Part shown: piece after piece, positions 23,245 to 36,143 of the stretch
How positions within the stretch are numbered: position 1 is the stretch's first letter
Layout of the letters: each line of letters starts with the position of its first letter
From: Mantamonas sphyraenae STR306
Lineage: Eukaryota > Protista > CRuMs
Length of the DNA: 64,000 nucleotides
Reading direction: 5' to 3'
Assembly: GCA_026936335.1 (NCBI GenBank)
Contig: JAPMXV010000032.1
Coordinates: forward strand, 310,001 to 374,000
Position numbers and translations under genes: made by a program
Notes under the pieces: model-generated
Seen by the model: only the letters and a program-made list of their open reading frames with translations
Database searches by the model: none
Told to the model about the DNA's origin: nothing

Positions 23245-26200
23245 TCACTGCAGCTTGTGATGTATTGCGTCGCTCTGCGCGATCATGTTGCGCACCAATC
23301 CCACAATGGTTGGCTTGAAGTGCTCCATGGCCAACTCCTGGCTGTCCTTGGGTGCCTGGATGCCTTGAAACGTGTCGCGTTCCTCGTCCGATTCAATTGT
23401 CCACAGCCTGCGTTCGGACACGGTTTGCAGCAGGTGCAGCAAGTCAAACACGCTTGTGTTGGCCGGCATCAGTTTCCACAGATCCGCCCAGCGGTCCAGC
23501 CCTGTCAACACGCAGTGTTCGACGAGGGTGTGAAACAGCAGCGACGCTTCCACGTGGTCGTCTGCGTTCACCATGCGCCGCTCCCACACAAAGTCCAGGG
23601 CAACATCGAGGGCCTCATCCTGCGAGCTGTGTGCAAGAATGAGCTTAAGGGCATCCACTGTGCGGTTGCACTCGCACAACAACTCCACGTGCACTCGCAT
23701 CGCTTCGTGCTTTCTCTGCGCTTCATCCTCGCCCCACGACTGCAGCTCCATCGAGGGCAACACATTCAACGCACGGCGGTGGAATGACGCCATTGCTTCT
23801 GCACTTGCCCCTGCCCCGGGTCCATGCAGTAGCGGCGAATGGTGGGCCACCAGCGCCACAAACGGCACCACCTGGTTTGGCCGCAGCTGGTACAACAGCC
23901 TGCACATCACTTCAAACAGCGGCACACGTGGCGACGTGGAGACAGACGATGACAACGACGATGTCCACCCACCGGCGCCGCTGTTGGACCCTCCAGCAAA
24001 CGACGTGGTTGCGTGCAATGCCTCGTCATACACCGTGCCCACCTTGCTCACAGTGCCCGGTTCCACAAACCAGTGTTCGTCAGCGTGCAGCAGCCTTGGC
24101 GGACTCGTCTCCTCCACCTCCATCTGGCCACTGCTCACAGCCTCCAGCTGGCCCTCGACGCCCGTGACCGCAGCCAAGCAATCCAGCACGTACTCCGGTC
24201 TGTGTTGCATCTCGCTCTGCAGCTCCGCGTACGAGGTGGCCAGCACCCCTTCCACCGTTTCCAACAGCGCATCATTGCGATGAGGGTGATAGTGTTCCGT
24301 CACGCCGCTGCCGCTGCCACTGCCACTGTCGCTCGCCCAAGTCGCCGTGGCGCCCTCGTTCTCCACGCCGTACGCCACACTCACGTACTGCTGCATCAGC
24401 GCCTCCAGCTGCTGATTCAACACCGTCGTTCGTTGGAACGCCTGCCTGTGCGCATACTCCTCGGCTGCTGTCACGCGCACCTCGCCCTCCTGTTCCTGGA
24501 TCACCACACTTTTGCCGCCGTCTTCCTTCTTTGAGCTCTCTTCCTGCGACGACGATGCCTCTTGCATGGCCTGCAGCGCAGCCACAGCCGCCGCTGCTGC
24601 TGCCTCCTCGTCCTCTTCCTCACCCACGTCCTGCTGCTGCTGCTGCTGCTGCTGCACCCGCTTGCCCTCTTCCAGATTTTCCAGGGCTGCGCTCACAATG
24701 AGAAAGGACGGATCGTCGCCCATGGTGTCGTCTTGGTCAAAAATGGCCACCGAGGAGGAGCGTGCACGTTCCCTGCGCTGCTCGGCGTCTAGTTGTTGCT
24801 GTGCCGTCATCTGTCCATTCGCATTTGCTTTCTGCTGCTGTTGCTGCTGGGCCACCACCCCGCTGGCCACATCGATGTACTGCGCCACTTCGTCCGTAAG
24901 GATGCTCCCGTGTGAGGGCATGCTCTTGCTGAGCAGCGCCAGCACCAGCGACGGATTCTGCAGATAGGGAAGCAGTTGCTTCACAGCTCGCTTGCGCTGC
25001 CCGGGATCGTCAATGCACATGGCTGCATCCAAAGCAAAGCGTGTTGCCCACGCCTGCATGCCCCACCGCTTGCTGTACTGTACTGCACTTTGCAGCAGAC
25101 GCAACTGTTTCTCCCGACGCTGCCTTGCCTCCTCCTCTCCTCCCCTTCTTCCTCCTTGCCATCTGCAGCCCCGCTCAACTCCAGCTGTGCTTGCAACTGA
25201 CGCAGCGATTGCAGCTCAGAAGCCAGGGTGGGCGGACGCAGCAGCCACAGGCCATTCGGTGACCAGATACCCACGTGTGCACGCACACGCATGGGTGTGT
25301 GTCCCCACACGCCCCATGGACGACCAGCACGCGGTGGCATGGTGGCAGGCACGTCGCATCTGTGTGTTTGCAGGCCACTGTGCACGTGTACAAAGTGGCA
25401 CTGCAACGTTTGCGGACGCACGATGCCGTACACGTTGCGAAACACAAACAAGCGAGTGCCATCGGCGTCCCGACCATCGCGTCCATCGCCCCCGTCGTCG
25501 TCTCTGCCCTCTTGTTGGGTCAGATCGATGGCCAGGGTGGGAAGTGGCTTGTGTTCCACAGTCTGAGCGGTGCCGCGACACGCCACCATGGCCCCGTCGC
25601 TGTACAAAAGCACCAAATCACCCGAGCTGGGATGCACGGCCACATCCACCAACATTGCCTCTTCTGATGCCTCGCCACGCAGCTCGCTCCATGGCACCGT
25701 GTGCAGAGCCATGGCTGCCGCGCTCCAGAAGCACACCTGCTCATACGTCGCCACCCACATCCCATGCCCACCCATTTGCAACGCACGCTCCCATGGCAGC
25801 CTCAATGCAGGTGTCACCTTGTCCATCACCTGTGTCACTGCACCCAATTCCAGCTCCGGCCCTCCACCACCACCTGTACCACCGTTCACCAGCTGCACAC
25901 TGCGCACAAACAGCGTGTGATGATCCTCGCGTTTCCCTGTCCCTGCTGTCGATGCCAGCGAGGTTGTCGATGAGGAGGACGACGTCGACGTCCCGTGGTG
26001 GCCACTCTCCCACCACAGCAGCTGCCGATGCTCCACATCATACTGCGCCTGGGTCACCACCGCCCCCTCCGCAGACGGTGTGCATGCAGGCAGCGTGCAC
26101 ACCCACGTCCACTTCCACTCGCTTTCGCTCCACACCCAACAGTGCACGTTGCCGTTCTCTTCCACCAGCAGCGCGTGCGGCGCCGTCTCCTCCAGCGCAT

Positions 26201-26702
26201 CGCTCACCCCTCCGATCCGTTTTCCGGCCCCTGTCTTGCCCATGGCACCCGCACGGCCACCTCCACCACGCACAGCCATGCTGAAGCACACTTGCACCAG
26301 AGGAGAGGCGAATCGTTGCAGAAGAAGCATCCCAAATGTCTCTTTGCTCTCCTGCATCAGTGTGGACGACGCACCACCCATTCCTGACGACGCGTTTTGC
26401 GAGCCTGTGTCGCCGTCCACGGCCCCTTCTTCAGGATACATGCAAATGGCAGACGGGTTGTGTGACAGCAACTCCAGCAACAGCTGTTGGTTGCTCTCGC
26501 TCAGCTGGTGCGCCTTGGGGGTCTGGTCAAAGACGCAGAGGACACGTCGATCCTGCGTCAGCGTCGTTGCCACATGCCCTGGCACAAACGTCACCGCCTG
26601 CACCTCCACTGTGCTCAACACATCAAACACAGACGACAAGACTCGAATGCCACGCAGGAACGGCCACACGGCATCGTCCACCTGCTGGAAGGAAAATTCC
26701 AT
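23245..26702 (-). CDS. HPS6: HPS6-like protein (BLOC-2 subunit); one apparent frameshift near 25105
   Basis: N-terminal ALLVEENGNVHCW...GAVVTQ...QLLWWES and C-terminal PLFEVMCRLLYQLRPNQVVPFV...FHRRALNVL...ELL...LWKLMP match my recollection of conserved HPS6 blocks (PLFELLCQCLCQLEP...YRRALAVL). Confidence 0.65.
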
Positions 26703-26824
26703 CGGGACTTGTCACTGTGTTCAGGTTGGCTGTCACTCCGCAGGTCCGGCAGATCACAAGTGCATTCTTATCTCTCCATTGCATCCCACCTCCCTGCATC
26801 CTCCCTCCCTCCCTCCCATCTCTC

Positions 26825-28005
26825 TCACAGCGTGTACTTCTCCCGCTTGCGCTTCCACCCCTTGACACGCTCCTTCCTTGAATACGGCACCCGTTGCGTC
26901 TGCTGTCGCACCCATTGCTTTGCAGTCAGGTTGGTTTCCGGATCCAGTTGTGCAGTCAGGGTGGGTGCAGCCACACCCAATGCCTGGGCCGTCTCTGCCA
27001 CACTCTCGTCGTGTTGACACTGAAAGAATGCCAGGGCCTGTGCCGTCAACTTGTTGGCACTCAGGAAGGCCTGGACATCAAAGGCACTCACTTGCCGTGC
27101 AGCCCATTCGTCGTCGCCGTTGGGCAACCCTGCCACGCCGACGTCTCCATGGGTCCCTCCTCCTGCTTTGCCAACACACACACCACACGATGCGTGTCGT
27201 CTCCCGCAAGCGGCAGTGGCGGTTGGTACGACACCAATGTCGTCCCGCCCTCCACATCGTTGCCTTGGATGTTGCCCACCACCCACTGCACACGCGCTCC
27301 CAGCCGCTGGTGAGGCTCCTCATGCGACACAAAATCTGTGTCCAGCATCACCAGTGTGTGTGTGGCGCTCTCTGCATTTGCCGCCCCAACGTTGGATTCC
27401 ACCTCAAAGTGCACCTTGGGCTCATTTCTCGTTGCCTTTGCCTCCACCACGGCCCCCATCTGCACTGTTTGGCCTTCGTTCCACTCCAGGACAAGATTCC
27501 CGCCGCCGTTGGCAGGCATCACCTCCCATGCGTCCACCTCGTGGTGCAGCGCTGCATTCTTCAGCTGTACCCATCCATAATCCCCGGTGAGTAGGGTGAG
27601 TGCAGTGCCACCGTGTGCGTGTGTGCGTTGTCAGTTTCCCGCCCACCTCAACCAACCAACCCGCCTTTGCATTTCCGCCTTGCCTTGCCTCTCTTTCACC
27701 CCGAGTCTCTCCCACACACTCACCTGAGCCATGACACCTGCATCCACTGCCTCCTGGTTGCCCATGAGTTTGCCCACGGTGTGGTTTTCTTCTGCCGCTT
27801 CCACCGTCTCCTGCCACAGCGTGTCCAGCAGATCCGCCGACAAGCCCAACTCGGCGTCCAGCGTGCGCAGCGCCTTTTCCCGCCGCTCCGCCCACCGCTC
27901 CTCCCCTTCCAACGCAGCCGCCACCTTCAGTTCCGCCTGTGTGTACACTTCCGCATGTGCCACGCTCTCGGCCCTCAGACCACTCCTGCACACTCTGCGA
28001 AACAT
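26825..28005 (-). CDS. MRPL38: Mitochondrial ribosomal protein mL38-like (PEBP domain)
   Basis: Arg-rich presequence MFRRVCRSGLR; PEBP motifs HTLVMLD, WVVGNI, YQPPLP, HRVVCVL; LAFFQCQHD typical of mL38. Intron 27565-27723; frame change near 27130. Confidence 0.7.
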
Positions 28006-28099
28006 TCTTTGCAATCTGTGGCTGCGCCCGCGGCTCCCCCCCTTCACACAGATCGCAATGTGATGATTGTGTGTTTCATTGCACTCAGCCAATGGATCC

Positions 28100-31000
28100 T
28101 CACGCATACTGATCCCGTCGCTTCTTCTTGATGGTGCTCCCTCGTGTGCGAGTCAGCGTGTTTGTCCGTGCTGCTCGCCTGTCCGTCAGCCTTGCACTGT
28201 TACGATTCGACGACGTGGCTGTGCTCAGCCTCGCCGTGCTCAACCGTGCCGTGCTTCCCGACGCCGCCGATCCAGTCGATGCACGACTCGACTGACGACG
28301 CAACGACGCCGTGGCTGCCGCCGACCCCGACCCCGACCCCGACCCCGATCCTGTCAGTGTGCTCTTGCGTGCCATCTTTGGCACCAATGCCTCTCCGTCC
28401 TCGTCGCTCGTGTCTGAATCGTCCGCCACATGCACCGGGGCGGGTTCATCCTCATCCACAGTGGTGGTGTTGGTGGTGGTAGTCCCAATGGTGCTGCCCT
28501 GGTAGCTGTTGCTTGTGGGCATGGGCAATCCCACACCGTCGTCGTCACTCGAGTCATCGTCAGCGGGATGGTTGGGCAACGTTGCACGTGTCTTTGTCCT
28601 TGTGCCTGACGGTCCCTTGCGTCCTCGCAAACTGCCTGCCGTCATCCCCGTCCCTGTGGCTGCCACCACAGCCACCACAGCCTCTTCCTCCCCCTCTGAT
28701 GATGATGAGACACCCCCACCACGTCCACGTCCTCCTCTGTCGCTTCCAGACGTGTCCTCTCCACTCAGATCGCTGTCGTCCAGATCCAACGCTGCCATCA
28801 ACTCCTCCCGTGAACTCTGCGGTTGCATGAAATCCGTCGTGCCTCCCTCCACTGCACCTGTCGACGCCTCTAGCTTGTGTGTGGCCACCGCCTGTGCACC
28901 TGCACCTGCACCTGCCCCTGCCCCGGGTGCCACACGCCTGCTGCCACGTGTGTTCTTGCGTCGTGGCCCTGCGTTGTTGCCCTTCCTCCTTCCGTCACCA
29001 CCACCACTCAAATCCTGCATGGCCACCGCCTCCGACCCGTCGTCCATTATCTGCGTCGTGTTGGCCATCGGCGCCGCAAACGACACATCCTCGTCCTCGT
29101 CCGAGTACTGCTCTCCATGCTGCTGCTCCTGCTTGTGATCCTCCTGACCATCACTTCCATCATCATCATCATCATCCTCATCCGCACTGCTAATCACCCC
29201 TCCATCATCATCCGACTCGTCGTCGTCGTCGTCGTCATCCGACGAAGCATGCCTGCTGCCCTTCTTGCTCTTGGACTTCTTGCCATCCTTCTTCTTGTTC
29301 TTCTTCTTGTTCTTCTTCTTCTTGCTCTTTGTGTCCTCATCGCTGTCGCTGCCATCGCTGTAATCCATCTCTTCGTCACTGTGGTCGTCGCCGCGATCCT
29401 TGGCCCCGCGTTCGCCCGTGGATGTTTTCACAATGTGCAGAAACACGTCCTCCAGACTCGTCATGCTCACCGTGAAATCGCTCAGCCCCAGTTTCTTCTG
29501 GTTCTTGCGCAGGTACGCAAACAGCTTGGGCATGTCGCCCACCCGCTTGCGTGGCACCGTCATCGACACCGTCTCCTTGGTTTTGCTCACCTCGCTCGTG
29601 AACAGCGAGCCAAACTTGCGTCGCAGCGTGCGTTCCAGCTTCTTGGCCGACGTCCCCGCCCCGTCCTTGATCAGAATCAAACGGTAGCCGCTGCCAAACT
29701 TGTTCTTCAGATGCAACGACGACCCGATGCACTTCATCTCGCCACGTGCCATGATGCCAATCTTGTCCGACAACACGTCCGCCTCCTCCATGCTGTGCGT
29801 GGTCAGGATGATCGCCCGCCCCTGCTTTGCATTCTCAATGATGTCCCACACCTGGCGACGTGCCACGGGATCCATCCCGGTGGTGGGTTCGTCCATAAAC
29901 ACCACCGGCGGGTCGCCACACATGCTGATGGCCACACTCAGACGCCGTTGCATGCCTCCACTGTACGCCGAGGACACCACATCCTTCTTGTCCATCAGAT
30001 GGACCTCTTCCAACCGTTCCTGGATGTGTGCTTCCACCTGCGAGCTGGCCACGCCTCGCATCCACGAAAAGATGCGCAGGTGTTGTGCCCCGGTGAGTTC
30101 AGGCCACAGGTGGTCAAACTGGGGACACACACCCACCCGGTTGCGAATCTGGTCCACTTCGTCCCGCACCGAGTATCCGTCCACCCGAGCGTCGCCGGAC
30201 GAGGGCGGAAACAGCCCCGTCATGATGCTCAGCGTGGTGGTTTTGCCCGCGCCGTTGGGGCCCAGCAGACAGAACAGCGTGTTGCGTTTGATGTAGTAGC
30301 AGATGTCCTTGACCGCCTCAAAGTCACTGGCCGACGACACAATCGGGTAGCGCTTGTACACCTTGCGCAGGTTGCGCACCACAATCTGTGCATCGTCCGG
30401 CTCGTTCCCACCCATAATCACCTCCCGCTCCTCCTCCACGTCGTCGTCCATCTCCTTGAACTTCTTCACGTACGCACGACGCCGTCCGCGCAGCAGCGAG
30501 CGGCCCGTCCAATACGAAGGGGTGAGGAAGAACCAGGGCGAACGGCTGGCGGCAAACGAGTTGGGCAGCACGTTGTCCAGGTACCACGCAAGCACAAAGT
30601 AAATGGCCCAGTCGTACAGCAGCTGCATGTACACCGCCTGCAATGGGTAGATGTCGTCCGTGGCATGTGTGGCAATGTCCGCCCACCGGATCCCCTCGGG
30701 TGCCTTGCCGGGCTCCGTGCTGATCGACTTGGCCAGCAAGTCGTCCAGGCCCTTCTGGAACACCACGGGGGCGGCAAAGGACACGTAGAAGCGCACGTCC
30801 TCCGCAATATTGTTTGTGTAGATGATGGTGGAGGTGATGCCGTTGCCCACCATAAAGATGAGAAAGAGCAGAAAGGCCACAATGTTCGCCACGCGCACCT
30901 TGCTGATGAACGACGACAGAAGGAACGCAAGCGCGTTCATGCATGCGCTAAACTCCACAAACAGCACCGTGTAGGTTTGCCAGTCGTTGTACACAAACAG

Positions 31001-32503
31001 GCCAAAGTCCAGGAAGTACCCTGCCACTCCCATGCCTGCAATGCTGGCCACAATGATGGGCACGTCGTTGATGAACCACGTGAGCCAAAACACAGAGTCC
31101 TTCAGACCCGCCTGTTTCAGTGCCAACCGCAGCCGGTTCTCCTTTTCGCCCACATACACGTTGACCATGAAGATCAGGTGGATGAAGAAGGATGCCAGGA
31201 TAAACAAGCCCATCGTCGCCGTGTCCTCAAACGGAGGCACCACCAGTGGCTTCACAAAGTCCCGTCCGTCAAACTTGAGCGTCGTGTTGGTGTTCTCCGT
31301 CTCAAAGTCCACTGTGTGTGATGATGATGATGACGATGATCGCCGCACCCCGTGAGTCAGTGTGTCCCCCCCCCCTTCCCTCCCTCTCTGTCTCTGTCTC
31401 TCTACGTATGTCACTGCTCGCCACTGCAACTCACACTCTGCCGCCATGATGCGCGTGTGGTACGCCGCAAAGATGGTGTTGTAGTAATCGCGCTGCCACT
31501 GGTTTGCACCTGGCCACATGGTCGTGTTGAGCTGCACCGCCACACGAAACTCGTGGATGGGAATGGTGAGGTTGTTGAACTGGGTGTCCAGTCGCCAGAA
31601 CACATAGCCTCCTTGGCTTTGGTTCTGGTTGGCCTTGAGCCAGTCGTCCAGTGCGTACGGCGTGTCGAATCCACGCACTTCCGACTCTGGAATCACAGGA
31701 TTGTTATGCCTACGCACGTGGTCGATCAAGTAGCGCACCTGCACGTTGTCCTGCGGTGCATATGTGATTGTGTAGCACGGTTTGGCCCCCTTTGTGCATC
31801 GAGGAATGTCCGTCCACAGAGGCACCGCTGTACGTGTGTGTTTTCCGTCATGCCCATGCACCATCCACCGTGTATCCCACACCACCCGTCCGTTTCCACC
31901 ACCGCGTCCGTTTCTCGTGTCAGTAACTCCTCTCTGAGGCGTCCGTTGAGGGAAAAAGCAAAAAACGCCCCTTCAACGCGCGTTTTTTTGTCCACGAAAC
32001 GGACGCGCAGTCTGCAAAGGGGCCCGTGTCACACACACACACACACACTCCTTTGTTCTCAACCAAACACATACACACACACTGGACTCTCTCTCTCAGG
32101 AACCAGAGGCGTTTGGAGGATAAGGTCACTTACACACGCGTTCGGGCGTCTCGGAGCCGTAGGTGCTGATGACCCAGAGGGCGACCACAAAGATGGCGGG
32201 CATCAGCAGACGCAGCAGAGTGGTGGGCCAATTGTTCAAAGAGAGCAGAGCATTCTTATACGTGATGGCTCGAATCTGGCGCAGGCGAACGGAAATAGGG
32301 TCGTCACTGCCTTTCTCAATGACAACTCGTTTCTTGGCCGGCACGTCTTGCAGCACCACCTGCTCCTCCCTCGTCTCTTCATCGTCCTTCTCAACCACTT
32401 CTTGTTCCTTGTCCCCGCTTTCCACATGCACCACTGCCGTTCCCGTGTCCTCCTCGTCGCTGCTCCCGTCGTTCTTGCCCTTCTTTCGACTAAACCGACC
32501 CAT
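28100..32503 (-). CDS. ABCA-subfamily half-size transporter (TMD-NBD) with long acidic/basic disordered tail
   Basis: EKENRLRLALKQAGL, LLGPNGAGKTT, YSGGMQRRLS, DEPTTGMDP, LTTHSMEEAD, SLEDVFL. Introns 31828-32133 and about 31312-31433. Confidence 0.93.
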
Positions 32504-32603
32504 GGCGTGCCTTGCTCCGTGCTTCTTGTCTCCCCCTGCGCGTCCATCCGCAACCAAACTCAACTTTCTCTGCACCCCACCGGCCCACGAATCACACATC
32601 ACC
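32504..32603. promoter_or_regulatory. Putative bidirectional promoter shared by the two ABCA half-transporters
   Basis: 100 bp between the divergent ATGs. Confidence 0.55.
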
Positions 32604-35600
32604 ATGGCCAAGGACGGATACGAGCCCGTATACTCGTTCTCCGACCAGTTTGTGGCCCTCTTTCTCAAATCCGTCGCCTTTCAACGCTCCCAGAAAAAGA
32701 CTACGGTTTTCATGATTCTGGCTCCCCTGGCTCTGGTGAGTCCTCTGCCACGCCCCGTTCTGCGCACCTGCTCGCTTCACGCTCTTGGAGCGTACGCCAA
32801 TGCGTGTGTGCTCGTGTGTACATGCTGTGACGCCTGCAGAGACGAAAACCCGTCCTTGTTGTGCGTTTCCCGCCCTGCGAAACGGCCCTTGCTTTTGCTG
32901 ACACTTGCTGCTCGCCTTCTCCTTGTCAGCTGGGCGGCCTCATTGGACTCAACATCTGGCTGCAGCAGGAGCTGGCCAACATTGACAGTGCCAAGCAGCC
33001 CGAACTGCTGCACCCGCGCATTGAGAACTTGGGAGGCCCGCTGTACGTTGTCTGCCGAGGACAAGAGGAAGAGCCACCACCCACAAGCACAGCCACTCAC
33101 ATCCACTCAAAACCATCCCCCCCCCACCCCCATCATGCAACACACACACACACAGTCAAACCATCTATTGGAGCGAACGCCGTGGGTACCAGGAGTACTA
33201 CGAGGTGCCGTACACTGAGAAGCTGCCGGAAGGGTCTGTGTCAGTGGGAACACCGCCTCAGAACCTGTCGTTTCTTGGCACAGGCATGCTATCGAATGCA
33301 CCTTATGTGCCAGTGGGCAAGTTTCCCAACGGATCGGTGTATCCCATCTACGACTTGCAAAACAATGCCAACAACATCACCAACGCGGCCCCGTTGATGC
33401 TCAAGTATGACACCGAAGCAGCCATGAATGCGTTTGTACGTGAGCGATACGGCGTCAAGGCGCTTCAGGTGGCTATGGAGTTCAACCGCACGTTGTATGA
33501 CCCTCCCACGGTGGAGGCCGCCATCTCCGTCAACGTCAGCGCCGATTACTACAGCTACAAGCAGCAGTTGACGCAGGCCACGGTGTGGATCCTTCAGGGC
33601 ATGTGGAAGACAGTGCCCTGGCCCAAACGCAACCAGACAGGGTGTGGCATCCCGTCGTGGAGCCACTGCTACTGTTGCGACCCAAGCACGCAGGGTGGAA
33701 GCAAAGGAGGAGGAGGAGGAGGCGGTGGCAGCGACAGCAACGGCCAAATCATCTCCACGGAGAACTGTTGCAACTTTCAGGGCTGCACGGTGGGCACGTA
33801 CAGCGTGGATACCAACATGGGCGTGGGAGGCATCGACAACAAGCAGTGTGTGACGGCATCACGCCGGGACATTGGATACTACAACACAGGCATCAAGGAC
33901 TTTCCCAAGGACGCCAGCACGGTGACGTTTGACGTGATCAGTTTCGTGCAAGGGGTGTTCCTCTCCATGTTGGGTCTGCTGTACCTGCCCATCTTTGTCG
34001 GGTACATTGTGGCCGAGAAGGAGGACCGAGTGTTGTACGTGATGAAGATGATGGGCCTGCGCACCAACATCTACTGGCTGGTCCACTACATCTTTGACCT
34101 GTGCATCTTTCTGGCTGCCACCGTGGTCACCATGCTCACCGGGTACCTGGGGGGCATCCGCTTCTTCACTCAAAACGGCCTCGTGGTCCTCATTGTGTAC
34201 TACGTGGTGTGGGCCCATGCGCTCATTGGCATGTGCTTCTTCATTGCCGTGTTTTTCAACAAGAAGCGCCGCGCCTCCATCCTCAGCTTCATGCTGGTCA
34301 TTGGCTCCGCCGCCGTGTCCAACATCCTTGTGCCCACCATCAACAGTGCCCAACACACCGACCTGGAGCTGTTCTACTACTCCCTCTTCCCGCCTCTGGC
34401 CTGGTCCCGTGGCATCTTTCTCTTCTCCACTGCCAGCGTCCTGGGCAACGTGCCCATCACCCTGGCCAACCTCACCACCCAGGGCAAGCTCATCCTGGAC
34501 ATTATGATCTACATGGCGGGCGAGGCCGTGGTGTTCTTCCTGCTCACCTTTTACCTGGAGGCTGTGGTGCCCCGTGGCTACGGCGTCAAACTCAGCCCCT
34601 GGTTCTTCCTCACCCCGGGCTACTGGGCCGACGTGTGCAACCTGGAGAGCGACGTGGAACCGCAGCGAGTGACGCGTGCGGATCTGGAGGGCAACGTGTT
34701 TGGCAAGATGCTGCGTGGCAAGAATCAGGAGGAGTACAACTACGACTTGGAGCCGTTTGACGTGCGTGCCGAACGACAACGCGTCTACAATGGCCAATCC
34801 GAGTCGGTGAGCTATGCCGAGGCCATGCGCATGAGTGGCGCAGCCTCGGCGGGCGAGGATGCCACCCAGGAGGACAAGAAGAAGGGCAAGACGAAGGGCA
34901 AGAAGAAGGGCAAGGAGGACAAGAAGAAGAAGAAGAAGAAGGACAAGGGCAACAGCAAAAAGGCAAAGAAGGCCAAGCATGAAGATGACGACGATGACAA
35001 CAACAGCAGCGACGATGAGGCGGAGGATGAGGCGGAGGCTGAGGAGGAGGAGGAGGAGGAGGACCGTGCAACGAAGCAGAAGCGAAGCAACAAGAACGAA
35101 CGGATGATGGTGCGTGTGTTGAACCTGCGCAAGGTGTACAGTGGACGGCCACCCAAGGTGGCGTGTGCCAACCTGACCATTGGCATCAACAAGGGCGAGT
35201 GCTTTGGCATGCTGGGGCCCAACGGGGCGGGCAAGACAACAGCCATCAGCATGCTGTCGGGACTGTTTGGACCTACGTCGGGTACGGCGTACGTGCATGG
35301 GTATAGCATCCGCACACAGATGGATAGGGTGCACATGGTGATGGGTGTGTGTCCGCAACACGATGTGCTGTGGGGCGACCAGACACCCAAAGACCATCTG
35401 CGATTCTACGGACGCCTGAAGAACATGAAGGGACCCGAGTTGGAGGAGGAGGTGCACGAACGCCTGAAGGACGTCAACCTGGTGGATGTGGCGGACAACC
35501 CAGTGCACACCTTCTCTGGTGGCATGAAGAGGCGTCTGAGCGTGGCCATTGCACTGGTGGGCCATCCGCAAGTGGTGTTTCTGGACGAACCCACCACGGG

Positions 35601-36067
35601 TCTGGACCCACGCTCCCGCCACGAGCTGTGGGAGGCCATCAAGAAGGCCAAGAAGGACAAGGCGTTGATTCTGACCACGCACTCCATGGAGGAGGCCGAC
35701 TACCTGTGCGACCGCATCGGCATCATGGCCAAAGGGAGTGCTGCGTTGCATTGGAGAGAGCTCCGAACTCAAGCAGCGCTACGGCGCAGGCTACAAGTTT
35801 TCGCTGACTGTGGACGAATCAAAGCCACAGGAGGACGTGGATGCCTTTCTCGATCCTTTGCTGCCGGGACGAGTGGAACTCAACAACCTGGGTGGCACGC
35901 GTAACTTTGAGGTGCCGCGTGCCGGCGTCGATCTGGCCACCGTGTTTGACACCATCGAGGCCAAGAAGAGCGAAATCGGCATTCTGGACTGGGGCATTTC
36001 CCAGACCACACTGGAGGAGGTGTTTCTCAAGATCAGCCAGGAGAGTGAGTTGGAAGGCGAGCAGTAG
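32604..36067 (+). CDS. ABCA-subfamily half-size transporter (TMD-NBD), divergently transcribed partner
   Basis: QFVALFLKSVAFQR N-terminus; EKEDRVLYVMKMMGL, LGPNGAGKTT, FSGGMKRRLS, DEPTTGLDP, TTLEEVFL. Introns 32736-32929 and 33043-33155; extra A near 35731. Confidence 0.93.
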
Positions 36068-36143
36068 CTGGCGTGGCAGCACAATGCAATCATTCTCTGC
36101 AACCGATTGTTTGTTTTCAAGATGTCAAATGAAGTCTCTGTGG

